Shown: positions 21,808 through 31,923, numbered from the stretch's first letter. The stretch is 64,000 bases of DNA from an uncultured Bifidobacteriaceae bacterium (GCA_964643765.1 CAZXTM010000003.1:10958-74957), one strand, 5' to 3'. Notes: a model not told the origin generated them from the sequence alone. Program-made: numbers and translations.

Positions 21808-22182
21808 ATGAGGATTCTGACGAAGGAAGACCGGCGCGACCGGATCAAGTTCCGTATCCGCAAGCGCCTCAGTGGCACGGCGGAGCAGCCCCGCCTGAGC
21901 GTGTTCCGCAGCGGGGCCCACATGTATGCCCAGGTCATCAACGACGAGACCGGGCACACCGTGGCCGCGGCCTCGAGCGTCGAACCGGCCCTGAAGGCCG
22001 CGATGCCCGAAGGGGCGCGCGGCGGGAATCAGCAGGGCGCGATGGCGGTGGGCAAGGCCATTGCCGAGCGGCTCAAGGAGAAGGGCATCACGCGTGTGGT
22101 GTTCGACCGCAACGGATTCCTGTACCACGGTCGCGTGCGCGCCGTGGCCGAGGCGGCCCGCGAGGCCGGTCTCCAGTTCTGA
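21808..22182 (+). CDS. rplR: 50S ribosomal protein L18
   Basis: RIRKRLSGTAEQPRLSVFRS..HMYAQVIND and FDRNGFLYHGRVRAVAEAAREAGLQF. Confidence 0.96.
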   Translation: MRILTKEDRRDRIKFRIRKRLSGTAEQPRLSVFRSGAHMYAQVINDETGHTVAAASSVEPALKAAMPEGARGGNQQGAMAVGKAIAERLKEKGITRVVFDRNGFLYHGRVRAVAEAAREAGLQF

Positions 22183-22188
22183 AGGTGC

Positions 22189-22710
22189 ATGATGCCGACA
22201 CGCGAGAAGATTGATCCGTCGCAGATGGAAATGAAGGACACCGTGGTGGCGATCAATCGCGTCACCAAGGTGGTCAAGGGTGGCAAGAACCTGAGCTTCA
22301 GCGCCCTGGTGGTCGTCGGCGACGGCCAGGGGGTGGTGGGCTACGGGGTGGGCAAGGCCAAGGAAGTGCCCTCCGCCATCAAGAAGGGCATCGAGGCGGC
22401 CAAGAAGAACCTCATCCGCGTGCCCCTGCAGGGGACGACGGTGCCGCACCCGGTCGTGGGCCGGTATGGCGCCGGTCGCGTGCTGCTGAAGCCGGCGCCG
22501 GAAGGCACGGGCATCATCGCCGGCGGGGCCGTGCGCGCCGTGGTCGAGTCGGCGGGCGTGTCGAACGTGCTCACCAAGTCGCTGGGGACCGCCAATCCGC
22601 ACAATGTGGTGCGGGCCGCGTTCACCGCGCTCGAGCAGTTGAAAGATCCCGGGATGGTCGCCCGGCTCCGCGGCAAGGATGTCGAGGAGCTGCTGGCCGC
22701 CCGTTCGTAG
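22189..22710 (+). CDS. rpsE: 30S ribosomal protein S5
   Basis: [39 protein letters not shown] and [13 protein letters not shown]. Confidence 0.97.
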   Translation: MMPTREKIDPSQMEMKDTVVAINRVTKVVKGGKNLSFSALVVVGDGQGVVGYGVGKAKEVPSAIKKGIEAAKKNLIRVPLQGTTVPHPVVGRYGAGRVLLKPAPEGTGIIAGGAVRAVVESAGVSNVLTKSLGTANPHNVVRAAFTALEQLKDPGMVARLRGKDVEELLAARS

Positions 22711-22720
22711 GACGCAGAAC

Positions 22721-22915
22721 ATGGCGAAGGCAATCTCGACAAAGACGCTCAAGATTACGCTGCTGCGCAGCCCCATCGGGTTCAACCGGACCCAGGCGGC
22801 GACGGTGCAGGGCATGGGCCTGCGGAAGATCCGCCATACGGTGGAGCTGGCGGACACGCCGGAAACCCGCGGCATGATTCACAAGGTGCGCCACCTGGTG
22901 CAGGTGGTGGAGTAG
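22721..22915 (+). CDS. rpmD: 50S ribosomal protein L30
   Basis: Internal ATG at 22721 gives a 64-aa product with [28 protein letters not shown]. The longer ORF start would overlap rpsE. Confidence 0.92.
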   Translation: MAKAISTKTLKITLLRSPIGFNRTQAATVQGMGLRKIRHTVELADTPETRGMIHKVRHLVQVVE

Positions 22916-22919
22916 GCGC

Positions 22920-23372
22920 ATGAGTCTCAACAATCTCAAGCCGGCCCCCGGGTCGAAGTTCAACCGGAAGCGCGTCGGACGCGGTCCCGGATCGGGTAAC
23001 GGCAAGACGGCCGGACGCGGTAATAAGGGTGCCCAGTCGCGCTCGGGCTATTCGTACAAGCGCGGGTTTGAAGGCGGCCAGATGCCGCTGCACCGTCGCG
23101 TGCCGAAGCGCGGCTTCAACAACGCCGACTTCCGGATGGAATACGCGGTGGTCAACCTCGACCAGCTCGAGAAGGCCTTCGAATCGGGGGCGACGGTGAC
23201 GCCCGAGTCGCTGCGTGCGGTCGGACTGGTGCGCGATCGCCAGGCCCGGATCAAGCTGCTTGGCCGGGGCGACCTCAGCAAGGCCCTGACTGTGCAGGTG
23301 CACAAGTTCAGCGGCGCTGCCGCCGAGAAGATTGCGGCCGCCGGCGGCCGCGCCGACGCACTCAGCCACTGA
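22920..23372 (+). CDS. rplO: 50S ribosomal protein L15
   Basis: [41 protein letters not shown]. Confidence 0.96.
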   Translation: MSLNNLKPAPGSKFNRKRVGRGPGSGNGKTAGRGNKGAQSRSGYSYKRGFEGGQMPLHRRVPKRGFNNADFRMEYAVVNLDQLEKAFESGATVTPESLRAVGLVRDRQARIKLLGRGDLSKALTVQVHKFSGAAAEKIAAAGGRADALSH

Positions 23373-23386
23373 TTGAGGCGACGCCT

Positions 23387-24775
23387 GTGTTCGAGAGCCT
23401 GAGAAACCTGTTCGCTGTCGCCGACCTGCGGAACCGCGTGCTTTTCACGCTGGGACTGCTGGCGGTGTATCGGGTGGGCAACCATATCCCGACCCCGGGG
23501 GTGAATCCGGAGGCCCTGGCGATTCTGGCGCAGCAGGCCCAGAACACCATGTTCGGCCTCTACGACATGTTCACCGGGGGCAGCCTGTCGCGCATCACGA
23601 TCTTCGCGCTGGGCGTCATGCCCTATATCAGCTCGTCGATCATCCTGCAGCTGCTCACCGTCGTCTGGCCGTATCTCGAACGGCTGTCGAAGGAAGGCGA
23701 GCTCGGCCGCCGCAAGATCACGCAGTACACGCGCTATCTCACGCTGGTACTCGCGGGCGTGCAGGCGCTGGGCATCGCCGTGTGGCTCGAGCGGAACACC
23801 GACATCCCCGGCGGCCTTCCTCTGGTCTACGACCCGGGCTGGGGCTTCCGCCTGGGCGCGATGATCACCCTGACGACCGGCACGATGTTCATCATGTGGC
23901 TGGGCGAGCAGATCACCGAGCGCGGCATTGGTAACGGCATGTCGCTCATCATCTTCTCGGGCATTGTGGTCAACCTGCCCCGCGCCGTGTTTGCCACCTT
24001 CGACCAGATGCGCACCGGCCAGATCAGCCTGCTCGTGCTGGCCCTGCTGGCGGTGGTGATGGTGGGCGTCATCGCCGCCATCATCATGGTCGAGCGCGGG
24101 CACCGGCGCATCATGGTGCAATACGCCAAACGGGTGGTCGGTCGGCGGCAGTATGGCGGTTCGTCGACGCACATTCCCCTGAAGGTGAACACGGGCGGCG
24201 TGATCCCGGTGATTTTCGCCAGCTCGATCCTGACGTTCCCCAGTACCCTGGTAGGCATGATGCAGGCCGGCGGATGGGCCGAGTCGTTCGTCCGGCAGAT
24301 CCAGTACGGCATGCCGCTCTACAACCTGCTGTATGTCGTCCTCATCGTCTTCTTCGCCTACTTCTACACGGCCATCATCTTCAACCCGGATGACGTTGCC
24401 GAGAACATGCGCAAGTATGGCGGCTTCATTCCCGGTGTGCGCCCGGGCAAGCGGACGGCCGAGTACATCGATGCGATTCTGGCGAAGATCACCCTGGTCG
24501 GGGCCGTATATCTGGCGCTCGTGGCCATCCTGCCCGAGTTCCTGCTGACCGGCTTCAAGGTGGCGCCGATTCCGTTTATCGGCGAGTCGCTCGACGCCAT
24601 CCTGCCCCGGTGGGTCACGCAGGGGCTGAATGTGCCGTTCTTCTTCGGCGGCACGTCTCTGCTCATCGTGGTGGGCGTCGCCATGGACACCGTGAACCAG
24701 GTCGAGTCTCAGCTGATCATGCGGAATTACGACGGGTTCATGAAGAAGACACGGATTCGCAGCCGACGCGGGTGA
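23387..24775 (+). CDS. secY: Preprotein translocase subunit SecY
   Basis: GTG start. 10-TM protein with FALGVMPYISSSIILQLL, MWLGEQITERGIGNGMSLIIF and YGGFIPGVRPGKRTAEYI. Confidence 0.98.
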   Translation: MFESLRNLFAVADLRNRVLFTLGLLAVYRVGNHIPTPGVNPEALAILAQQAQNTMFGLYDMFTGGSLSRITIFALGVMPYISSSIILQLLTVVWPYLERLSKEGELGRRKITQYTRYLTLVLAGVQALGIAVWLERNTDIPGGLPLVYDPGWGFRLGAMITLTTGTMFIMWLGEQITERGIGNGMSLIIFSGIVVNLPRAVFATFDQMRTGQISLLVLALLAVVMVGVIAAIIMVERGHRRIMVQYAKRVVGRRQYGGSSTHIPLKVNTGGVIPVIFASSILTFPSTLVGMMQAGGWAESFVRQIQYGMPLYNLLYVVLIVFFAYFYTAIIFNPDDVAENMRKYGGFIPGVRPGKRTAEYIDAILAKITLVGAVYLALVAILPEFLLTGFKVAPIPFIGESLDAILPRWVTQGLNVPFFFGGTSLLIVVGVAMDTVNQVESQLIMRNYDGFMKKTRIRSRRG

Positions 24776-24778
24776 ACC

Positions 24779-25468
24779 GTGGCGCTGAACGTAATCATGC
24801 TGGGGCCACCGGGCGCCGGCAAGGGGACGCAGGCTGAAGTGTTTGCGCGGGAGTTCGGACTCCCGAAGATTTCGACGGGCGATATCCTCCGCGAGGAAAT
24901 GCAGAGCGGAAGTGAGCTCGGGCGAGCCGTGAAGGCGGTGATGAATCGTGGGGAGCTGGTCGGGGATCAGCTCATCATCGGTATCGTCCGCGAGCGGCTC
25001 GCGAGGCCAGATGCGGTGCCGGGCTTTGTGCTCGACGGGTTTCCGCGGACGGTGCCACAGGCAGAAGCCCTCGACGGGCTGATGGGCGATCGAGATCCGC
25101 TCATCGTCGTCGAGATGCAGGTGGCCGATGAGGAGATTGTCCGACGCGTGAAGGCGCGCCGGGTGTGCAGTGTATGCGGGGCCAGTGTCTCGGCGTTTGG
25201 TGACCGGCCCCACGCCGTGAAGCGGTGCGAGAATTGCGGTGGGGCCCTTGCGACCCGCGCCGATGACACCGAGACGGTGGTGCGGGAGCGGCTGAAGGTC
25301 TACTGGCGCGAGACGCGTCCGATGATCGAGTACTACCGTGACCGGCCGACGTTCCGTCGCCTGAACGGGGCCCAGGCTCCAGAGGCGGTCCGGCACGAGC
25401 TTGAAGCGGCAGTGTTTTCGGTGGCCGATACCCTCGGGTTGCTGGTGCCACCGAGGAGGCCGGCGTGA
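24779..25468 (+). CDS. adk: Adenylate kinase (zinc-lid form)
   Basis: P-loop GPPGAGKGTQ, FVLDGFPRT, and LID cysteines CSVCG...CENCG. Confidence 0.96.
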   Translation: MALNVIMLGPPGAGKGTQAEVFAREFGLPKISTGDILREEMQSGSELGRAVKAVMNRGELVGDQLIIGIVRERLARPDAVPGFVLDGFPRTVPQAEALDGLMGDRDPLIVVEMQVADEEIVRRVKARRVCSVCGASVSAFGDRPHAVKRCENCGGALATRADDTETVVRERLKVYWRETRPMIEYYRDRPTFRRLNGAQAPEAVRHELEAAVFSVADTLGLLVPPRRPA

Positions 25469-26223
25469 TTGTGTGCCGGTCGGCAGAGGAGATTGAGAAG
25501 CTGGCACGGGTGAATGCGCTGGTGGCGCAGGTGCTGGCCGAGTTGATGCGGGTGGTCGAGCCCGGGGTATCGACCCTGGACCTGGACCAGTTGGCGGAAC
25601 GGCGGTTGCGCGATGCAGGAGCGCTGCCGGCGTTCAAGGGATATCACGGATATCCGGCCACCATCTGTGCGTCGGTCAACGACCAGGTGGTGCACGGGAT
25701 CCCGAAAGCCCGCCCGCTGACGAGCGGAGACATCGTGTCGGTGGACATGGGTGCGAAGCTCGACGGGTTTTTCGGCGACTCGGCCGTGACGGTGCCCGTG
25801 GGCACGGTCTCCGCCGAGGCGCAACGGTTACTGCAGGTGACGAGTGCCTCGCTGGACCGGGCCCTGGCGGCGGTGAAGCCGGGTAACCGGGTGCAGGACA
25901 TCGGGGCGGCGGTGCAGCAGTATGTGGAAGCGCACGGGTTCTCGGTGGTGCGCGAGTTTGTGGGACACGGCATCGGTACGGCGCTCCACGAGGAGCCGCA
26001 GATTCCGAACTACGGCACGCCCGGACGAGGGGCGCGGCTGGCCGAGGGAATGACGCTGGCGATTGAGCCGATGGTCAATGCGGGCAAGCCCGCAGTGAAG
26101 GTGCTCAGCGACGGCTGGACGGCGGTGACGAAGGACGGCAGCCTGTCGGCGCACTTCGAGCACACGGTGGTGGTCACGGCCGAGGGGTGTCGGATTCTGA
26201 CACTGCGGCCGGCCGGGGCCTGA
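25465..26223 (+). CDS. map: Type I methionine aminopeptidase
   Basis: GYHGYPATICASVNDQVVHGIP, DIVSVDMGAKLDGFFGD, GHGIGTALHEEP and AHFEHTVVVT. 4-bp overlap with adk. Confidence 0.96.
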   Translation: MIVCRSAEEIEKLARVNALVAQVLAELMRVVEPGVSTLDLDQLAERRLRDAGALPAFKGYHGYPATICASVNDQVVHGIPKARPLTSGDIVSVDMGAKLDGFFGDSAVTVPVGTVSAEAQRLLQVTSASLDRALAAVKPGNRVQDIGAAVQQYVEAHGFSVVREFVGHGIGTALHEEPQIPNYGTPGRGARLAEGMTLAIEPMVNAGKPAVKVLSDGWTAVTKDGSLSAHFEHTVVVTAEGCRILTLRPAGA

Positions 26224-26232
26224 CAGGCGCGG

Positions 26233-26439
26233 ATGGCGGCAGAGACTGTGGCGGTCGTGACGGCCCTGCTGCCCAGTGAGCTGGTGCAGGTGACGGTGGA
26301 AGGCGAGACGCATCAGGTGGTGGCACATCATGCCGACCCGGTGCGACGGAATTATGTGCGACTGGTCGTCGGCGACCGTGTGCGCGTGGCACTGATGCCC
26401 CGCGACCAGGGCCGCGGGCGGATCCTGGAGAGGCTGTAG
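26233..26439 (+). CDS. infA: Translation initiation factor IF-1 (divergent)
   Basis: 68 aa in the canonical map-infA-rpmJ position. S1/OB core is recognisable (LP...V.VE....H.VVAH....RRNYVR...GDRV.V.L.P.D..RGRI..R), but the usual ISGKMR loop reads HADPVR. Confidence 0.75.
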   Translation: MAAETVAVVTALLPSELVQVTVEGETHQVVAHHADPVRRNYVRLVVGDRVRVALMPRDQGRGRILERL

Positions 26440-26451
26440 AGGAATCAAGCG

Positions 26452-26565
26452 ATGAAGGTACGAGCATCAGTCAGGAAGATCTGCGACAAGTGCAAGGTCG
26501 TCCGCCGCCGTGGGGTGGTGCGGGTGATTTGCGCCAACCAGAAGCACAAGCAGCGGCAAGGATAA
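26452..26565 (+). CDS. rpmJ: 50S ribosomal protein L36 (zinc-ribbon form)
   Basis: Absent from the ORF track (below its length cut-off). I translated it by hand: [37 protein letters not shown]. Stop TAA at 26563-26565. Confidence 0.93.
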   Translation: MKVRASVRKICDKCKVVRRRGVVRVICANQKHKQRQG

Positions 26566-26576
26566 GGCGAGGACCT

Positions 26577-26951
26577 ATGGCACGTATTTCAGGTGTCGAT
26601 CTTCCGCGGACCAAGCGGGTGGAGATCGGGCTCACGTATATCTTCGGGATTGGGCGTCACCGCTCGAATCTGATTCTTGAGGCGGCCGGCGTCAGCGGCG
26701 ACGTGCGCGTCAAGGACCTCACCGACGACGACGTCCGGAAGATTACCCGGGTGATCGAAGAGCAGGGCGGCGTGGAGGGCGATCTCCGGAAGGAGATTTC
26801 GATGAACATCAAGCGACTCATCGAAATCGGCAGCTTCCGCGGCAGCCGGCATCGCCGGAGCCTGCCAGCCCGAGGGCAGCGCACGCGCACGAATGCGCGC
26901 ACGCGAAAGGGTCCGCGCAAGGGCGCAGTGGCCAAGAAGAAGACGGTGTAA
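26577..26951 (+). CDS. rpsM: 30S ribosomal protein S13
   Basis: Internal ATG at 26577. [26 protein letters not shown] and [26 protein letters not shown]-like segments are present. Confidence 0.96.
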   Translation: MARISGVDLPRTKRVEIGLTYIFGIGRHRSNLILEAAGVSGDVRVKDLTDDDVRKITRVIEEQGGVEGDLRKEISMNIKRLIEIGSFRGSRHRRSLPARGQRTRTNARTRKGPRKGAVAKKKTV

Positions 26952-26954
26952 GCC

Positions 26955-27380
26955 ATGGCAAAGAGCGAGACAGCGGCAGGCAAGGAATCGGCGCGCAAGA
27001 AGAAGACCTTCAAGAAGCGCGGCGAAAAGCGCGTCGTGCATCACGGCTTCGTGCACGTCCAGGCGTCGTTCAACAACACGCTCATCACCATCACGGACGC
27101 CGAGGGCGCCGTGGTGTCGTGGTCGAGCGCCGGGGCCATCGGCTTCAAGGGCTCCCGCAAGGGAACGCCCTTCGCCGCGACGCAGGCGGCCCTGACGGCC
27201 ACCAACACGGCCAAGACCTTCGGCATGCGCTCGTGCGACGTGCTGGTCAAGGGACCGGGATCCGGCCGCGAATCGGCGATTCGTGCGCTGTCGACGGCGG
27301 GCCTCGACGTCAAGTCGATTCGCGACGTCACGCCGATTCCCCATAACGGATGCCGGCCGCCGAAGCGGCGGCGCGTGTAA
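26955..27380 (+). CDS. rpsK: 30S ribosomal protein S11
   Basis: [29 protein letters not shown] and [20 protein letters not shown]. Confidence 0.97.
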   Translation: MAKSETAAGKESARKKKTFKKRGEKRVVHHGFVHVQASFNNTLITITDAEGAVVSWSSAGAIGFKGSRKGTPFAATQAALTATNTAKTFGMRSCDVLVKGPGSGRESAIRALSTAGLDVKSIRDVTPIPHNGCRPPKRRRV

Positions 27381-27410
27381 CCTCAGAACAGACGACAAGG
27401 ATCGATATTC

Positions 27411-28034
27411 ATGGCTCGTTACAACGGACCTGCCTGCCGACTCTGCCGCCGCGAAGGCATGAAGCTCTATCTCAAGGGCGAGCGGTGCTATACCGAGAAG
27501 TGCGCCATTGAAAAGCGCAACACGCCTCCCGGGCAGCACGGCCGGGCGCGCAAGGCCAAGATGGTGGGCTACGGCGTGCAGCTGCGCGAGAAGCAGAAGG
27601 TCAAGCGCATTTACGGCGTGCTGGAAGACCAGTTCCGCCGCTACTTCGAGCAGGCGGACCGCACCCGTGGCATCACGGGCGAGACGCTGCTCCAGCTGCT
27701 GGAACGCCGCCTGGACAATGCCGTCTACCGGCTGGGCTTCGCCACGTCGCGCGCACAGGGGCGCCAGCTGGTGCTGCACGGCCACTTCCTGGTCAACGGC
27801 CGGAAGGTCGACGTGCCGTCCTACTCGCTCAAGTCGGGTGACGTCGTGTCGGTGCGCGACTCGAGCCGCGAGAACGCGTCGATCGTGCATGCGATGGGCG
27901 AGGTCAAGGGCCGCGGCATCCCCGAATGGCTCACCCTCGACGGCACGAGCGGCAAGGTGATGGGCCTGCCGACGCGCGAGCAGATCAACCTGCCGGTGCA
28001 GGAACAGCTCATCGTCGAGTTGTACAGCAAGTAA
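27411..28034 (+). CDS. rpsD: 30S ribosomal protein S4
   Basis: [26 protein letters not shown]..., S4 domain [31 protein letters not shown]. Confidence 0.97.
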   Translation: MARYNGPACRLCRREGMKLYLKGERCYTEKCAIEKRNTPPGQHGRARKAKMVGYGVQLREKQKVKRIYGVLEDQFRRYFEQADRTRGITGETLLQLLERRLDNAVYRLGFATSRAQGRQLVLHGHFLVNGRKVDVPSYSLKSGDVVSVRDSSRENASIVHAMGEVKGRGIPEWLTLDGTSGKVMGLPTREQINLPVQEQLIVELYSK

Positions 28035-28048
28035 AGTGACAGGGCGCG

Positions 28049-28144
28049 TCCGGGGCATGTGCCCCGGATCACCGCCGCCACGCCACCGGCCCGCAGCTTG
28101 GCAGACCTGCAGCGGGAGGCCGGTGGATGATGACCGCAGGTCTG
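28049..28144 (+). promoter_or_regulatory. Structured rpsD-rpoA intercistronic region (two strong stem-loops)
   Basis: TCCGGGGC-ATGT-GCCCCGGA (28049-28068) is followed by CAGACCTGC (28102-28110) pairing with GCAGGTCTG (28136-28144). The spacer is 150 bp, unusually long for this operon. Confidence 0.35.
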
Positions 28145-28184
28145 GAGGCCGGGCTGCCGGCCCGCATGGCGAAAGGACACGACA

Positions 28185-29156
28185 ATGCCAGAATTTCTGC
28201 GCCCCAAGCGCCTTGAGTTCGAGAAGGAAACCCTGTCCGACCGGTTCGGACGGTTCTATGCCCAGCCGTTCGAGCGCGGCTTCGGGACCACGGTGGGTAA
28301 TGCCCTGCGCCGTGCGCTGCTGTCGTCGATCGAAGGCGCGGCCATCACGGCCGTGCAGATTGACGGCGTGCAGCACGAATTCTCGCCCATCAAGGGCGTG
28401 GTCGAGGATGCGACCGACATCATCCTCAACCTCAAGCAGCTGCCGCTCAAGTGCCACACCGATACGGTGAAGACGCTGGTCGTTCGCGTCGACAAGCCCG
28501 GCCCGGTGCGTGCGAAGGACATCCAGATCGACCAGGACATCGAGCTGCTCGAGCCGGACGCGCACATCGCCACGGTCTCGGAGGGCGGCAGGCTGCATAT
28601 GCAGCTGCGCGTCAAGGTGGGGCGTGGCTACATCTCGGCCGACCGCAACTTCGACGAGGACCTCGGCATCGGCTGGATTCCGATCGACTCGGTTCACTCG
28701 CCGGTGCGGAAGGTCAATTACCTGGTCGAGGCCGCGCGCCTGGGCCAGACGACCGACTACGACAAGCTCACCCTTGAGGTGTGGACCAACGGCGCGGTGA
28801 CGCCTGGCGACGCGGTGTCGCTGGCGGCCAAGCTCATCAAGGAACACATGTCGATCTTCATCAGCCACGATGAGGACGACGATGAAGACTATGTCGGCGT
28901 GCCCTCGACGCCGGCGGCCGTGCCGGTGTCGAACGAGCATCTCGACAAGAGCGTCGAGGAGCTTGAGCTGTCGGTGCGCTCGTACAACTGCCTGAAGAAC
29001 GCGAACATCCGGACCATTCGCGAACTCGTGCAGAAGTCGGAAACGGACATGCTGAAGACGAAGAACTTCGGCCGCAAGTCGCTCAACGAAATCAAGGAGA
29101 TTCTCCAGTCGATGGGTCTCAGCCTCGGAATGAAGCTGGCCCAGTCGGCGGAGTAG
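28185..29156 (+). CDS. rpoA: DNA-directed RNA polymerase subunit alpha
   Basis: [26 protein letters not shown], with C-terminal domain [23 protein letters not shown] and [13 protein letters not shown]. Confidence 0.98.
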   Translation: MPEFLRPKRLEFEKETLSDRFGRFYAQPFERGFGTTVGNALRRALLSSIEGAAITAVQIDGVQHEFSPIKGVVEDATDIILNLKQLPLKCHTDTVKTLVVRVDKPGPVRAKDIQIDQDIELLEPDAHIATVSEGGRLHMQLRVKVGRGYISADRNFDEDLGIGWIPIDSVHSPVRKVNYLVEAARLGQTTDYDKLTLEVWTNGAVTPGDAVSLAAKLIKEHMSIFISHDEDDDEDYVGVPSTPAAVPVSNEHLDKSVEELELSVRSYNCLKNANIRTIRELVQKSETDMLKTKNFGRKSLNEIKEILQSMGLSLGMKLAQSAE

Positions 29157-29174
29157 CCGGGTAGGAAAACAGTC

Positions 29175-29789
29175 ATGCGTCACGGTAATGCACACCGGAA
29201 GCTCGGCCGGGTCTCCGAGCACCGCATCGCGCTGCTGCGCAATCAGGCCACGGCTCTGCTGCAGCACGAGCGGATCGAAACCACACTGCCGAAGGCCAAG
29301 GAACTGCGGCCTTTCGTCGAGCGGCTCATCACGATTGCCAAGCGCGGCGTGAAGGCCGCCGATCCCAAGGGCAAGACCCTGTCGGCCCGCCGCCTGGTCA
29401 TGCGCGACGTCCACAACGAGGACGTCGTCGTGAAGCTGTTCGACAGCCTCGCGCCCCGGTTCGCCGACCGGCCCGGTGGCTACACGCGCATCCTCAAACT
29501 GGGGCACCGTCGCGGCGATGCCGCCGACATGGCGCAGATGGAGCTGGTGGGCAGCGAGTTCGATCCCAAGAAGGCCGAATCCGAGCGCAAGGCGGCTGAG
29601 GAAGCGGCCACGGCCGGCGAGACAGCCGCACCCAAGAAGAGCGTCGGCGAACGCCTGCGTTCCGCCGCTGCGGCACTCGGTGGCGGCAAGAAGGCCAAGG
29701 CCGATACGGGTGCCAAGAGCAAGGCGTCGCGTCCTGCCAGGGCTGCGGCCAAGAAGGCCACAACGCCGCGCAAGGCCGGCGGCTCCTAA
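29175..29789 (+). CDS. rplQ: 50S ribosomal protein L17 with an Ala/Lys-rich C-terminal extension
   Basis: [23 protein letters not shown]... and [17 protein letters not shown], then a ~77-aa tail rich in A/K ([36 protein letters not shown]). Confidence 0.95.
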   Translation: MRHGNAHRKLGRVSEHRIALLRNQATALLQHERIETTLPKAKELRPFVERLITIAKRGVKAADPKGKTLSARRLVMRDVHNEDVVVKLFDSLAPRFADRPGGYTRILKLGHRRGDAADMAQMELVGSEFDPKKAESERKAAEEAATAGETAAPKKSVGERLRSAAAALGGGKKAKADTGAKSKASRPARAAAKKATTPRKAGGS

Positions 29790-29831
29790 CCACGGTGTCG
29801 GTCCGCCGGGACCTCGACATCTCTGACCTGA

Positions 29832-29876
29832 TGACAGGCGCCCATTCCTTCCCGGGAGCGGCGCCTGTCGTCATTC
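29832..29876 (+). terminator. Terminator candidate at the end of the ribosomal superoperon
   Basis: GACAGGCGCC (29832-29841) pairs perfectly with GGCGCCTGTC (29859-29868), then GTCATTCT. The loop is 17 nt and contains TCCCGGGA. Confidence 0.45.
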
Positions 29877-29928
29877 TGGCCACTCACCACCGGTGACGGC
29901 TGCCCCGTGCCATACTCGCGCTGAAGCG

Positions 29929-31923
29929 ATGCCCAGTCGACCGGCCTCTCAACGGGTAATGGGTCTCCATACGCTGCTGAGCGGAGGGCCTCGCTGCCCC
30001 CGATGGGCAGCGACTGTGCTGCTGTGCCTGCTGAGTCTGCCGCTGGCGCATCCGCTGGCGCAGTCGGCACCCGCACCGCAGTCCCCCGCGGCCCGCCCTG
30101 CCTCATCGGCACAGGTTGGTACGGCGACCGGGACGGACCAGCCCGGGGCTACTCAGGAACCAGCCGGACAGCCTGTCTTCCGTACGGGAGTCGACCTGGT
30201 CCGCGTCGATGTCTCCGTCACCGGTCGCCGCGACGAACCCGTGGCCGACCTGACAGCCGACGACTTCCTCGTCACTGAGGATGAGGTGGCGCAGAAGGTC
30301 GAGTCGGCGCAGTTCATCCGACTTGATGGACAGCGGACCGTGGATAACGGCGAGTCACTCGACATCCGGGGCCCCTCCCAGGGACTTGCCGAGGCCGCGA
30401 AGGAAGACGTTCGGCTGTACGCGATTTTCCTCGACGACTACCACATCGACCGCATCCCTTCGATCGTCGAGCCCATGAAGGATGCGCTGGAAGACTTCAT
30501 CAATCAGCTGCAACCCATCGACCTCGTGGTGCTGATGGAACCACTGACGACCCTGGACAGCCTGCGCTTCACCCGGGACAAGGCCCAGCTCATCGCCGCC
30601 ATCCGGCAGTTTCAGGGGCGGCGGGGCGAGCTGTTTCCGGTGAAGAGCCCGGTGGAAGAGGCGCAGATGACGCAGCGCAACGTCTTCGAACTCCGGGCGG
30701 CGGTCACCCTCTCGGCCATGGAGGCGCTGGCGACCCGCCTGGGAGGGCTGCGTGAGGGCCGGAAGTCGATCATCTTTGTCAGTCAGGGTCCCCCGGTCGG
30801 GATGCCCGGCAGCTTCAACTACCCCCGCCTCGACGCGGCGGTGGAGGCCGCCAACCGGGGAAACGTCACCGTACACGTGCTCGATCCCCGTCCTCTGGGC
30901 ATGGCGCCGTTCGGGGGGGCTGAGGTCTTGAGGCGGTTTTCAACGGAAACCGGTGGCCGATCGATCGTGAACACCAACGACCTTGGCGCTGGCCTCAAGG
31001 ATGTGGTGGCTGACGCGAGTGCCTATTACCTGCTCGGCTACTCACCGTCGCGGCCACGCAACGACGGGAAGTTCCACAAGATCAGCGTCAAGGTGCGCCG
31101 CTCAGGCGTCCGGGTCACCTCGCGTCGCGGTTACTGGGCGCCCTCCGAGAAGGAGATGACCGCAGCACCGCCGCCCCCGGCTGATCCCAGGCTGACCGGG
31201 GCCCTGGCACAGCTGGTGGAATCAGACGACGAGCGGTTGGTCGATATCTGGGTAGGCCTCGAGCATCAGGGGACGCAGGATGTCCTCACCCGGATTGCCT
31301 GGGAAGCCAGCCCCCGCGGCACGGACGCGTCCGGAGGTCCGCCGGTGTCACTGGAAGTGGAGCCGGTCACGCGTGTGGGAGGGACGCTCGCTCCACCGCA
31401 GACGCTCGCGCGCAAGGATGCGGTGCCCGCGCTGGCGATGCCCGTGATGGCAGAGTTTCGGCTGCGCCCCGGTCCTCAGGCCCTGCGGTTCACGGTGCGC
31501 GACGCTGACGGCGACACCCTCGACCGGTGGACGCAGTCGCTGAGCATCCCTGCGCTTGAGACGAATGCGGTGTATCTCGGGACTCCCCTTGTGTTCCGAA
31601 CACGCACGGCTGCGGAGTTCCGTTCACTCCGCCTGCAGACGGCACCCACACCCTCGGCATCCCGTCGGTTTCGGCGCACCGATCGGTTGAGAGTGGACGT
31701 GCCGCTGGGGCCGGCCGGGGTGACCGTCGAGACGGTGGCGCACCTGACCAACAGCCAGGGCCAGACGCTGGCCACACTGCCATCGACCATGGTCAATGGA
31801 CAGCTCATTCGGCTCGACTTGCCCCTGGCCAGTCTGGCGCCCAGCACCTACACCATGCGAGTTGAAGTGCGTGCAGGAGAGCACCAGGCGGTGCAAGTCG
31901 TCGCGTTCACGGTGTCTCAATAA
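29929..31923 (+). CDS. Secreted VWA-domain protein (VWFA-related acidobacterial type)
   Basis: Signal-like WAATVLLCLLSLPLAHPLAQS. N-terminal block FRTGVDLVRVDVSVTGRRDEPVADLTADDFLVTEDEVAQKV is followed by a VWA-like core (YAIFLDDYH, IIFVSQG). Start is uncertain (29929, 29959 or 29893). Confidence 0.7.
   Translation: MPSRPASQRVMGLHTLLSGGPRCPRWAATVLLCLLSLPLAHPLAQSAPAPQSPAARPASSAQVGTATGTDQPGATQEPAGQPVFRTGVDLVRVDVSVTGRRDEPVADLTADDFLVTEDEVAQKVESAQFIRLDGQRTVDNGESLDIRGPSQGLAEAAKEDVRLYAIFLDDYHIDRIPSIVEPMKDALEDFINQLQPIDLVVLMEPLTTLDSLRFTRDKAQLIAAIRQFQGRRGELFPVKSPVEEAQMTQRNVFELRAAVTLSAMEALATRLGGLREGRKSIIFVSQGPPVGMPGSFNYPRLDAAVEAANRGNVTVHVLDPRPLGMAPFGGAEVLRRFSTETGGRSIVNTNDLGAGLKDVVADASAYYLLGYSPSRPRNDGKFHKISVKVRRSGVRVTSRRGYWAPSEKEMTAAPPPPADPRLTGALAQLVESDDERLVDIWVGLEHQGTQDVLTRIAWEASPRGTDASGGPPVSLEVEPVTRVGGTLAPPQTLARKDAVPALAMPVMAEFRLRPGPQALRFTVRDADGDTLDRWTQSLSIPALETNAVYLGTPLVFRTRTAAEFRSLRLQTAPTPSASRRFRRTDRLRVDVPLGPAGVTVETVAHLTNSQGQTLATLPSTMVNGQLIRLDLPLASLAPSTYTMRVEVRAGEHQAVQVVAFTVSQ

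Noticed and set aside
23048-25507. 819-aa ORF antisense to rplO, secY and adk
   Set aside because: Opposite strongly supported genes, with no motifs and an Arg/His/Asp/Pro-rich artefactual composition.
26589-29507. 972-aa ORF antisense to rpsM through rplQ
   Set aside because: It crosses five conserved genes and two intergenic spacers on the other strand. GC-driven open frame.
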